From Salinivirgaceae bacterium (GTDB taxonomy: Bacteria; Bacteroidota; Bacteroidia; Bacteroidales; SZUA-534), in the NCBI GenBank assembly GCA_017551905.1, contig JAFZKK010000146.1, positions 7,343 to 71,342 on the forward strand: a stretch of 64,000 bases of DNA, in the 5' to 3' direction. Position numbers and translations under genes: made by a program. Below, piece by piece: positions 9,789 to 18,135 of the stretch. The notes beneath the pieces are model-generated. The model had not been told where the DNA came from. It searched no databases and was given only the letters and a program-made list of their open reading frames with translations. Within the stretch, counting starts at the first letter, position 1. Each line of letters begins with the position of its first letter.

Positions 9789-10958
9789 TTAGCTTCCAAG
9801 CGGGTGCGCGTAAAGCTGCACGTCTTTGGCGGTGATGTTCTTGTCGCAAAGGATGAGCAGACGCTCAATCACGTTGCGCAACTCGCGGATGTTGCCAGTC
9901 CAGTTGATTTTCTGCAGTTCGGCTATGGCGTCGGGGGTGATGGTCGATTTGGCCACGCCCGACTCTTCGCAAATCTGTCCGATGAAATGGTCGGCCAGTA
10001 GTGGAATGTCCTCGACGCGCTCGTTCAAGGTCGGCACCTGAATCAGAATCACGCTCAAGCGGTGGTACAGGTCCTCGCGGAAGCGGCCAGCCTTGATTTC
10101 TTCTTCCAGATTCTTGTTGGTGGCGGCAATCACGCGCACGTTCACGTCGATGTCTTTGTCGGCGCCAACGCGGGTTATCTTGTTCTCTTGCAGGGCTCGC
10201 AGCACTTTGGCTTGTGCCGACAGGCTCATATCGCCAATCTCGTCGAGGAAGATGGTGCCACCGTCGGCTTGCTCGAATTTGCCAGCGCGGTCTTTCACGG
10301 CGCCAGTGAACGAGCCTTTCATATGGCCAAACAATTCGCTCTCAATTAGTTCCGACGGAATTGCAGCGCAGTTCACCTCAACAAACGCAGCTTCGGCGCG
10401 GTTGCTGTGGCTGTGTATCATTCGTGCCACAACCTCCTTGCCGGTTCCGTTGGGGCCGGTGATGAGTACGCGGGCGTCGGTGGGCGCTACTTTCTCAATC
10501 ATAGCTTTGATGAGTTTCATTGGTGCCGACTCGCCAATCAGTTCGCGGTTTTTGCCCGCCACTTTCTTGCGCAGAGTTTTGGTTTCAGTCACCAGTTTGC
10601 CCTTGTCCATTGCGTTGCGCAGGGTGATGAGCAGACGGTTCAGGTCGAGCGGCTTTTCGATGAAATCGAATGCGCCCATTTTGATGGCTTTCACAGCCGT
10701 ATCAACCGTGCCGTGTCCCGAAATCATTATCACCGGAAGGTCGGGCCACTCTTTGGCCACTTGCTCCAGCACCTCCATTCCGTCCATTCCCTCCATTTTG
10801 ATGTCGAGCAGAAGTGCGTCAAATTGCTCTTTTTTAAGTAGTTCCAAACCTTCCAATCCATTGGGGGCAAGGCTCACGCGGTGTTTCTCGTATTCCAGTA
10901 TCTCCTTGAGTGTGTTGCGGATAGCCTTTTCGTCATCGATAACTAATATGTGTGCCAT
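9789..10958 (-). CDS. sigma-54-dependent response regulator (REC + AAA+ activator) lacking a C-terminal HTH
   Basis: REC domain (ILVIDDE..., LLLDIKMEGMDG), Walker A GPNGTGKE, GAFTGA-variant GSFTGA, Walker B IFLDEIG, and an NIRELRN sensor. The protein ends 14 aa after that block. Confidence 0.88.
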   Translation of the reverse strand: MAHILVIDDEKAIRNTLKEILEYEKHRVSLAPNGLEGLELLKKEQFDALLLDIKMEGMDGMEVLEQVAKEWPDLPVIMISGHGTVDTAVKAIKMGAFDFIEKPLDLNRLLITLRNAMDKGKLVTETKTLRKKVAGKNRELIGESAPMKLIKAMIEKVAPTDARVLITGPNGTGKEVVARMIHSHSNRAEAAFVEVNCAAIPSELIESELFGHMKGSFTGAVKDRAGKFEQADGGTIFLDEIGDMSLSAQAKVLRALQENKITRVGADKDIDVNVRVIAATNKNLEEEIKAGRFREDLYHRLSVILIQVPTLNERVEDIPLLADHFIGQICEESGVAKSTITPDAIAELQKINWTGNIRELRNVIERLLILCDKNITAKDVQLYAHPLGS

Positions 10959-11030
10959 TTCGATTCTTATTTTTCAAATTTCGGCTTTTCAGCCTTCGGT
11001 TTCATCTCTAAACTTCTTGATTTCTAACTT

Positions 11031-11963
11031 TTAAGCTTCCTCTTTGCTCATCTGAATTGCGACGCCTTCGGTTAGGGCGTACGACGATTGCGCTATGTTT
11101 CTGACTTGCGTCTTGTCGATGACGTATTTTGCGAAGATTGCGGCCATTACGATGGTGTCTTTTCGCAGCGTTTCAAGTCCAGGAATCAAGATGCGCTCGT
11201 GGCTCGAGGTCGATATTATCGTTTTGTAGATGTCGTTGAAGTCGTCGACACTGAATGTGGAGTAGCGCGAGTTGAGGGGCAGCGGCTTGTGCCGTTTTTT
11301 CTGCGAAATCATCTCGGCAAAGGTGTCGAAAGCGCCGGCCGAGCCCAGTACCCGCTCCACCGGATATTGCTTCAGAGCCGCGTCGAGGTCGGCCATTTGC
11401 TCGTCGAAATAGTGCAGCAGCTTGTCTATTTCGTCGGGCGAGATTGGGTCGTCGGGCTTGATGAGCTCAAGTAGGCGCGCGCTTCCCAGTTCGTAGCTGT
11501 TGCTCCACAGCATCTGGTCGCCGTTGCCGATAATCACCTCGTTGTTGCCTCCGCCGATGTCGAGCATCAGGTAGTTTTTGCTGTCCATTGGAACGGCGTT
11601 GCTTATGGCGCTAAATATGTATTGCGTCTCCTGTTGGCCGGTTATCGGAACTATTTGTATGCCAAGCTCTTTCTTAACTTTTTCGATAAAGTTGTTCGAA
11701 TTGTGCGCGTTACGGATAGCCGATGTTCCGTAGGCGATAACTTGCTCACACTGATAGTCTTTAATCAGTCCGCTATAGTCGCGCAGCACGGCAAACGAGC
11801 GGACAAAAGCCTTGTCGGACAGGAACCCGGTCATCAGGCCTTCGCTGCCAAGCATCACCGCCGATTTGGTTTTCTGCAGCACATCAATCTTTTTGCCTTT
11901 TTCGATGTTGACAATCAGAATGTTGAATGTGTTTGTGCCTAAGTCGATAATCGCAACTCTCAT
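11031..11963 (-). CDS. ppx: Ppx/GppA-family phosphatase (exopolyphosphatase-like, N-terminal domains only)
   Basis: 310 aa. ASKHA-fold motifs VAIIDLGTNTFNILI and DIGGGNNE. Confidence 0.8.
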   Translation of the reverse strand: MRVAIIDLGTNTFNILIVNIEKGKKIDVLQKTKSAVMLGSEGLMTGFLSDKAFVRSFAVLRDYSGLIKDYQCEQVIAYGTSAIRNAHNSNNFIEKVKKELGIQIVPITGQQETQYIFSAISNAVPMDSKNYLMLDIGGGNNEVIIGNGDQMLWSNSYELGSARLLELIKPDDPISPDEIDKLLHYFDEQMADLDAALKQYPVERVLGSAGAFDTFAEMISQKKRHKPLPLNSRYSTFSVDDFNDIYKTIISTSSHERILIPGLETLRKDTIVMAAIFAKYVIDKTQVRNIAQSSYALTEGVAIQMSKEEA

Positions 11964-11994
11964 TGTTTTTATGTTTTATCGGTCAATCTGTGAA

Positions 11995-12085
11995 AAGTTT
12001 AGTGTTTAGAAGTTTAGACGCTTCGCTGTTTAGATAACTAACTATTCTCAACTCTTAACTTCTAACCTTCTAAACCCTCTTAATC
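11995..12085. repeat. GTTTAG / CTAAC low-complexity tract forming an imperfect inverted repeat
   Basis: gtttagaagtttag (12004-12017) matches the reverse complement of ctaaccttctaaac (12062-12075) at 13 of 14 positions. More GTTTAG/CTAA(A)C units lie in between. Confidence 0.7.
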
Positions 12086-12100
12086 TTTCATTTCCAATTC

Positions 12101-13432
12101 CTATTTCGTTTTTATCCAACGTCCAATCTCTTTCAGTGTCGCCTTTTTGCCGTACATCAGAATGCCAGTGCGGTAGATTTTGCTTGCCACCCATGTAACA
12201 GCAACAAATGTAACAATTAACAGCACTGCCGACAAAAATAATTCGCTGTAAGGCACTCCGTAGGGTATGCGCGCCAACATTGTGACGGGCGAGGTGAATG
12301 GAATGATGCTCAGCCAGAAGTTGAGCGTGCTGTCGGGATTGCTAATGGTGCCGGTCAGGGCTATCAGCGCAATAATCAGCGGCAGACTGACGGGTATCAT
12401 AAACTGTTGCGTGTCCGACTCGTTGTCAACCATCGACCCGATGGCAGCAAACATAGCGCTGTAGAGGAAATAGCCGCCAAGGAAGAAGAACACGAATGTC
12501 ATCAGTATGACACCAAAGTTGATGCTCTCGAAAGTGTTGAAAATGTTTTTGATATCTTCAATTTCGACATTGGTTCCGGTTTCGCTTTGCGCTATCTGGC
12601 TGCCGCCCGAGGTGATAAGCTGGGTTGTCTGTTCCATTTTTGCGGTGTCGGGCATAAGCAGCGGCGCTACAGCCGAGTACAATCCTATTGTCAACACTAT
12701 CCAAAGTGCGAATTGTGTGAGAGTTACAAGGCTGACGCCGATAATCTTGCCCATCATCAGCTGCATCGGCTTGACCGATGACACAATGACTTCGACAATG
12801 CGGCTGGTCTTTTCCTCAATCACACCGCGCATCACGGCGTTGCCCGCCATAAAGATTGTCATATAGAGCAGGAATCCCATAAGGTACGACAGCACCATTT
12901 TTAGCGTCATGTTGTCGCGTTCCTCGTGGCCGTCGTCGGTTATTTTTATGTTGGTGATGCTGACGCGTGTTTTTACTGCCGCCAGAATCTCAGGTTCCAC
13001 GCCGCATGCGCGCAGTTTCTCGTTTTCGAGCCGTTTCTCGATGCAGTTCGATATGTGCATACGCAGGTCGAGGCTTGGCGACTTGTCGGAGTACATGTAT
13101 ACGGCGTTTCCCGAGTTGACAACGTTGTGGCTGATGTAGAGTATGGCGTAAAATCCTGACTCTTTGAAGTTTGCCTTGTATTGCTGCAGGTTGGCGTCGG
13201 GTGTGTAGACGAATTTTATGTAGTCGGTTTCGGGCAGCTGGTTGCGGAAAACATGCGTGCTGTCCACCACCTGAACTATCTTTATTTCAGTGTCTTGCAT
13301 CTGCATAAGCAGACCGGGAGCTATCAGCATTGCGGCAAACAGCACCGGCCCCAGAAGGCTCATTATTATGAAGCTTTTCTTTTTGACGCGTGTGGTGTAC
13401 TCGCGTTCTATTATTGTGAATATCTTGCTCAT
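12101..13432 (-). CDS. ABC-2 type transporter permease (NatB-like)
   Basis: 443 aa. One N-terminal TM helix, a large extracytoplasmic loop, then 5-6 C-terminal TM helices. Its start lies 2 nt after the ATPase stop. Confidence 0.8.
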   Translation of the reverse strand: MSKIFTIIEREYTTRVKKKSFIIMSLLGPVLFAAMLIAPGLLMQMQDTEIKIVQVVDSTHVFRNQLPETDYIKFVYTPDANLQQYKANFKESGFYAILYISHNVVNSGNAVYMYSDKSPSLDLRMHISNCIEKRLENEKLRACGVEPEILAAVKTRVSITNIKITDDGHEERDNMTLKMVLSYLMGFLLYMTIFMAGNAVMRGVIEEKTSRIVEVIVSSVKPMQLMMGKIIGVSLVTLTQFALWIVLTIGLYSAVAPLLMPDTAKMEQTTQLITSGGSQIAQSETGTNVEIEDIKNIFNTFESINFGVILMTFVFFFLGGYFLYSAMFAAIGSMVDNESDTQQFMIPVSLPLIIALIALTGTISNPDSTLNFWLSIIPFTSPVTMLARIPYGVPYSELFLSAVLLIVTFVAVTWVASKIYRTGILMYGKKATLKEIGRWIKTK

Positions 13433-13434
13433 TT

Positions 13435-14355
13435 TCAGTCTGTGTTTGAGTTTTGAACGGCTTTGATGAAAATATCATTCATGTTTGGCAGCACATCGCT
13501 GAATTGGGTTATCTGCACCTCGGGCAGCAATGTCTGCAGCAGCTGGTTGTAGGTGAATCCGGGTTTCATCTCGCCGCTGATGTGGTTGATGCTGCCTTGT
13601 TCGTGTTCCTTGACTTCGGCCATTGGCTCAAGAAGTTTTACAACTTTCTCGGCATCGCCTATATAGCTCAGTTCGAACAGGTTAAGCTTGAATTGCTGAC
13701 GAATGTCGCCAACAGTGCCATCCAGTATTTTCCTCGATTTGTTGATGAGTGCGATGTTGTCGCAAATCTCCTCAACCGAGGCCATGTTGTGCGTTGAAAA
13801 TATGATTGTTGCGCCTTTCTTTTTTAGCTCTAAAATCTCTTGTTTCAGCAAGTTGGCGTTGATTGGGTCAAATCCGCTGAACGGCTCGTCGAAGATGAGC
13901 AACTCGGGCTCGTGCAGCACGGTGGTTATGAATTGCACCTTCTGTTGCATTCCTTTCGACAGTTCCTCCACGGGGCGGTTCCACCATTCGCCTATCTCAA
14001 ATTTCTCGAACCACATCTTGAGCCGGCGTTTGGCGTCAGCCTTCGACAATCCTTTCAGTTGAGCCAGATAGACGGCTTGCTCGCCCACTTTCATCTTCTT
14101 GTAAAGTCCGCGTTCCTCAGGCATATAGCCTATGTGCGCTATGTCGTCGGGTTGCAGGTTGTGCCCTTTGAAAACCACTGTTCCGCTGTCGGGTGCGGTT
14201 ATCTGATTGATGATTCGGATGAGCGTTGTCTTGCCCGCGCCGTTGGGTCCCAGCAACCCGAAAATAATGCCTTCTGGAATTTTCAGGCTCACGCTGTCGA
14301 GTGCCGTGTGGTCGCCATAGCGTTTGCAGACTTCGTTGGTTTCGAGTATGTTCAT
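13435..14355 (-). CDS. ABC transporter ATP-binding protein (NatA-like)
   Basis: Walker A GPNGAGKTT, signature LSKGMQQK, Walker B LLIFDEP, H-loop STH. Confidence 0.92.
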   Translation of the reverse strand: MNILETNEVCKRYGDHTALDSVSLKIPEGIIFGLLGPNGAGKTTLIRIINQITAPDSGTVVFKGHNLQPDDIAHIGYMPEERGLYKKMKVGEQAVYLAQLKGLSKADAKRRLKMWFEKFEIGEWWNRPVEELSKGMQQKVQFITTVLHEPELLIFDEPFSGFDPINANLLKQEILELKKKGATIIFSTHNMASVEEICDNIALINKSRKILDGTVGDIRQQFKLNLFELSYIGDAEKVVKLLEPMAEVKEHEQGSINHISGEMKPGFTYNQLLQTLLPEVQITQFSDVLPNMNDIFIKAVQNSNTD

Positions 14356-14394
14356 ATAGTGATTAAATGATTAATTGACTGATAGATTGATATT

Positions 14395-14484
14395 TTAGTT
14401 AGCGTTTCCGTTTCCGTCAGCGTTAGTGTTAGCGTTAGTGTTTTAGTTAGCGTTAGTGTTAGCGTTTTAGTTAGTGTTAGTGTC
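14395..14484 (-). repeat. hexamer microsatellite-like tract (AGYGTT)n, read on the minus strand as (NNTAAC)n
   Basis: About 15 consecutive hexamers. It overlaps the last 6 codons of the SGNH gene and stays in frame with it, with a TAA every 7-13 codons. Confidence 0.85.
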
Positions 14485-15924
14485 TTCATACTCATCCATT
14501 ATCGCCTCAAACAGCATCTGAGCCACGCGGTGGCCACCCTCGCGGTTGAAATGCGTGTAGTCTTTTTGCGCCAAATGGTTGTCAACCCAGACGGGCATGC
14601 TGTTGTAGCCGCCCATAGCCTCATACAGATTCCAAAACGCGCAACCTTCGGCAAACGCTGCATTTCGCTGTGCCTCAATCACTTTTCTGACCGATTGGCG
14701 CGTCACGTAACCATTGGTGCCTTTTTCCGACATGTCGCTCACGCCAACTATAAGGATATCAGCTTTCGGCCAAACTTTTTTCAAATATCGCAACTGTTTG
14801 CACAAGTTCTCCTCGTAATATTTGTAGCTGCGCGAATTGTTTGCCACGGCATTAACGCCGAACTCATAAATTATCAGACCCACAGGCAGATAACGCCCCA
14901 TTTGTTTCATCTGTGCAAGGTCGAGTCGGACAAACTCGGTGCCTTTGCTGCCTCGGAAAGGCAGGTTATCAACGGCGACACCGGTTGGCGAGTCAAGCGT
15001 AATTGCATAGATATCAGGACTTTGCTCGCCTTCTATTTCAATGCGGAAATGCTTGGGCGCTTCGTCGAAAGTCCAGCGGAGCATTTTTGTGTCAGTTGTC
15101 GGCTCAATCTCTTCAAACCACTTTAAATTGCTGTCAACGTAGCCTTTAACAGAAAAACCGATGTTGGCCTCGCCATAAAAAATGTTGCATTGTGTAAAGT
15201 TGCGAACTGAGCGGTAGGCGCGCCCCGATTCGGCAAACTCAATCCACGCCGATGGTGCGTTGAACCGGCCCAAATAGCCCATTATTCCGAATCGGGCATT
15301 GTGCACTGATGTGTCTTTCTTGTTGTAGATTGAGTGCTGGTGCCAGTTGGCGGAGGCCGTGTGCACTATGGCCGATGATTTTGCAAGCGGTGGAATGGCA
15401 GGCTGCAAGCCCGGTCCGCTGCCGCCAAAACGTTTCTGCAACAGGTTTCGCAGATAGCCCGTTATGCGGTCGCCTTCAATCTGGCTGTCGCCATAATGCA
15501 AGATGCGCACCTTGCTTTGTCCGCAATTGCTCAAGCGGCTGAAAAACGAAGCAAAGTGGTCGCTATCGTCAGAAAATTCAATGTGTTGTATGTTTTTACG
15601 AACATCCTTTTTTGCGGTTTTTGCTGGAGTTGGGGTTTCCTTTTGCGGTTTGGGCAATGTGTCAGCAACAATGGTGTCAGCAATCGACTCTGCAACAGTA
15701 TCTTCTTTAATTTCAGTAAATTGATTGATTATGCTGTCAATTTTGGCAGTTTGCACCACTTCGGCAACTTGCGTGGTGTCGTGTTTGAATGTCGGCAGAT
15801 TCAGGTGAAATCTTAGGCGCAGACTGTCGCTCAGGGCGATGCCGTCCTCAGGGAACAGTAGCGCCGCGCAAACGGCTATGGCAGCCGTTATAAGCAAAAA
15901 AATCAGTATGCGTTGAGGTTTCAA
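14467..15924 (-). CDS. SGNH/GDSL-family hydrolase with N-terminal membrane anchor
   Basis: 485 aa. The apparent start is TTG (TTG AAA CCT), with no in-frame ATG nearby. Block I reads ILHYGDSQIEGDRITG and a late DYTHFN resembles the DxxH block. Adjacent to the MltD-like gene. Confidence 0.7.
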   Translation of the reverse strand: MKPQRILIFLLITAAIAVCAALLFPEDGIALSDSLRLRFHLNLPTFKHDTTQVAEVVQTAKIDSIINQFTEIKEDTVAESIADTIVADTLPKPQKETPTPAKTAKKDVRKNIQHIEFSDDSDHFASFFSRLSNCGQSKVRILHYGDSQIEGDRITGYLRNLLQKRFGGSGPGLQPAIPPLAKSSAIVHTASANWHQHSIYNKKDTSVHNARFGIMGYLGRFNAPSAWIEFAESGRAYRSVRNFTQCNIFYGEANIGFSVKGYVDSNLKWFEEIEPTTDTKMLRWTFDEAPKHFRIEIEGEQSPDIYAITLDSPTGVAVDNLPFRGSKGTEFVRLDLAQMKQMGRYLPVGLIIYEFGVNAVANNSRSYKYYEENLCKQLRYLKKVWPKADILIVGVSDMSEKGTNGYVTRQSVRKVIEAQRNAAFAEGCAFWNLYEAMGGYNSMPVWVDNHLAQKDYTHFNREGGHRVAQMLFEAIMDEYEDTNTN

Positions 15925-15927
15925 TAT

Positions 15928-17529
15928 CTATCGTTTTATTTTCAGTTTTTGCCCAATGTCAATCCGCGACGAGCTGAGGCCGTTCCAAAGTTTTATCTCT
16001 TCCTCCGTCACGTTGAACGTGCGGGCAATCTCCCAAAGCGAGTCGCCGCGGCGCACAGTGTAAATCTCAAAACTGCCGTCGGTCTGTGTATCAGCGGCTT
16101 GCGTCTGTGTTTGCGATTGAGTTTGTGCCTTTTTGCCCACCGAAGCCTGTTTTTCGGCAAATGTCATTGTGTTGATTTTCGAGTATTTGGCGGCTTTCGA
16201 TTTGGGAACGTAGATTACAAGTTTCTGCCCGCCGCGAATGGTGTTGCGGCTCATGCCGTTCCAATATTTGATGTCCGACACGCGCACATTGTACCAGCTT
16301 GAGATGTAACCCAGGTTGTCGCCCGATTTCACCGTGTAGGTCAGTTTGGTGTAGTCGCCCTTCGGCGGACCAGGGATATAGGTGTTGTATTCGGGCTTTT
16401 TGTTCATTGTTTCGGCATTGAAATACTGTTCTTTACGGAAGTTTGATATCGAATCCTGAAGTTCGATGAACCTTGTCACATGCTCCGCCGGCAACCGCAG
16501 CGCGTATGGCCTGATATGTCCGGGCACAATGTCGTGGCGATACTGCGGATTGAGGCTGCGCAGCTGGTCAACCGGCAAACCCATAATCAAGCTAATCTGT
16601 TGGAAGTGAATATCTTTGCTAACCATAACCGTGTCGCATTTTATCGGCATTTTGGCTTCGGCAGGTGTCAGATTATGCTCTTTGTAGTAATTCATTATGT
16701 ATGAGGCGGCTATGAAGGCCGGAACGTATCCGCGCGTTTCGCGGGGCAGGTGGTAGTAGATGTCCCAGTAGTTGCGCTTTCCGCCGCTGCGCTTGATGGC
16801 CTTGTTCACATTGCCCGGACCGCAGTTGTAGGCCGCAATCACCAGAATCCAGTCGTGATAGGTGCGGTACATGTCGGCCATGAAGTTGGCGGCGGCGTAG
16901 GTCGATTTCACAGGGTCGCGGCGCTCATCGACAAGGCTGTTGCACTCAAGTTTGTACATGCGGCCGGTGCTGAACATAAACTGCCAAAGGCCTGTTGCGC
17001 CAACACGCGACACAGCCACCGGGTTCAGCGCCGACTCAATCACAGCCAGATATTTCAATTCTGTCGGCATTCCCTTTGAGTCGAAAATATCCTCGAAAAT
17101 CGGGAAATAGTAGTCATCAACGCTCAACATCCGCTCCACCAACTCACGCCGCTGGTGTGCGTACAGATGAATGAAGTTGCGCACAATGTTGTTGTACGAC
17201 AGCTCAACCTCGAACGGCAGCTCGGCAAGACGGCGTATGTAAACCGAGTCGGGAAAATCGGGGATTTGTACGCTATCGGCCTGATTGTCTGTTACAAGCA
17301 AAGCCGCATCGCCGGCTGGTTCTTGCTTGTCAAGCCACATTTGCGACAAGCTGTCAACTTGCTCCGATACAATTATGTCCACCGAGTCGGAAACTGTCGG
17401 CCAGTCGAGTTCGGTGCTGTCAATAGCTTGTGAATCAAAGGCTTCGGCGTTGCTTAAATCTGAAACAGTATCGGTTGTGTTTATTTGCAGCATCAAAGCC
17501 GCGCTTATGAATAGAATATTGTTAGTCAT
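15928..17529 (-). CDS. lytic murein transglycosylase (MltD-like) with two C-terminal LysM domains
   Basis: SLT catalytic block (AVIESALNP...GATGLWQFM) and AAYNCGPGNV. Two LysM repeats (YTVKSGDNLGYISSWY..., YTVRRGDSLWEIARTF...). Confidence 0.88.
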   Translation of the reverse strand: MTNNILFISAALMLQINTTDTVSDLSNAEAFDSQAIDSTELDWPTVSDSVDIIVSEQVDSLSQMWLDKQEPAGDAALLVTDNQADSVQIPDFPDSVYIRRLAELPFEVELSYNNIVRNFIHLYAHQRRELVERMLSVDDYYFPIFEDIFDSKGMPTELKYLAVIESALNPVAVSRVGATGLWQFMFSTGRMYKLECNSLVDERRDPVKSTYAAANFMADMYRTYHDWILVIAAYNCGPGNVNKAIKRSGGKRNYWDIYYHLPRETRGYVPAFIAASYIMNYYKEHNLTPAEAKMPIKCDTVMVSKDIHFQQISLIMGLPVDQLRSLNPQYRHDIVPGHIRPYALRLPAEHVTRFIELQDSISNFRKEQYFNAETMNKKPEYNTYIPGPPKGDYTKLTYTVKSGDNLGYISSWYNVRVSDIKYWNGMSRNTIRGGQKLVIYVPKSKAAKYSKINTMTFAEKQASVGKKAQTQSQTQTQAADTQTDGSFEIYTVRRGDSLWEIARTFNVTEEEIKLWNGLSSSRIDIGQKLKIKR

Positions 17530-17547
17530 TGTTCTTTTTGTTGTGAA

Positions 17548-18126
17548 TCAAAAAGTTACCGTCAGGCGCATTCCAAGCGGCGTTTCGGTGCGGTCGCCGG
17601 TAATATCGCTATAGTCGGGCAAAATCATCGGTTCGCCACGTATCGACAGGTCTTTGTCAATGGTGAAATCGAAAAAGTGCGCGTCAACGTTGGCGTCAAT
17701 AATTTGCAGCAGATAGAGCGCCCCGATGCCGATGAAGCACATGTCGCGGTAGCGGCGCCACGAGTCCTTGAGCCGCAAGGTGTTCGAGGCGGGGTATTGG
17801 CTTACGGTGTTCGGGTCGTCGTCGGTGGCCCATTTGTATTCTTGACGGTATTTTTTGTAAACGAAATTGTTATAGTTGGCGAAGTAAATCAGCCCGGTGA
17901 ATCCACCATATATAATAGGTATCTTCCAGTATTTTTCGTTGTAGAACTGCCCCAGCCCGGGCACAAGCGACGAGAAGAACGTTGCCTTGTGCGGCTTGTG
18001 CATATCGATGTAAGTGCTGTCGGGATAGTCATAGCCGTCGACATACTGCGCTTTCGCCGAATTGGAATAGCCGGCGATGCCCAATAGCAACGTAATGATT
18101 AATAACAACTTGCGTGTGCAGTCCAC
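17548..18126 (-). CDS. DUF5683-family protein
   Basis: GTG start, signal peptide, and the motif SLVPGLGQFYNEKYWKIPIIYGG typical of DUF5683. Sits at the conserved position downstream of parB. Confidence 0.75.
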   Translation of the reverse strand: MDCTRKLLLIITLLLGIAGYSNSAKAQYVDGYDYPDSTYIDMHKPHKATFFSSLVPGLGQFYNEKYWKIPIIYGGFTGLIYFANYNNFVYKKYRQEYKWATDDDPNTVSQYPASNTLRLKDSWRRYRDMCFIGIGALYLLQIIDANVDAHFFDFTIDKDLSIRGEPMILPDYSDITGDRTETPLGMRLTVTF

Positions 18127-18135
18127 AATTTGTGC

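Noticed and set aside
10093-11034. 313-aa plus-strand ORF antisense to the sigma-54 activator
   Set aside because: Ser/Leu/Ile-rich mirror ORF without motifs. The minus-strand product has complete REC and AAA+ signatures.
14395-14484. Possible CRISPR-like or minisatellite array
   Set aside because: The unit is only 6 nt, with no spacers and no cas genes. It is treated as simple-sequence repeat, not CRISPR.
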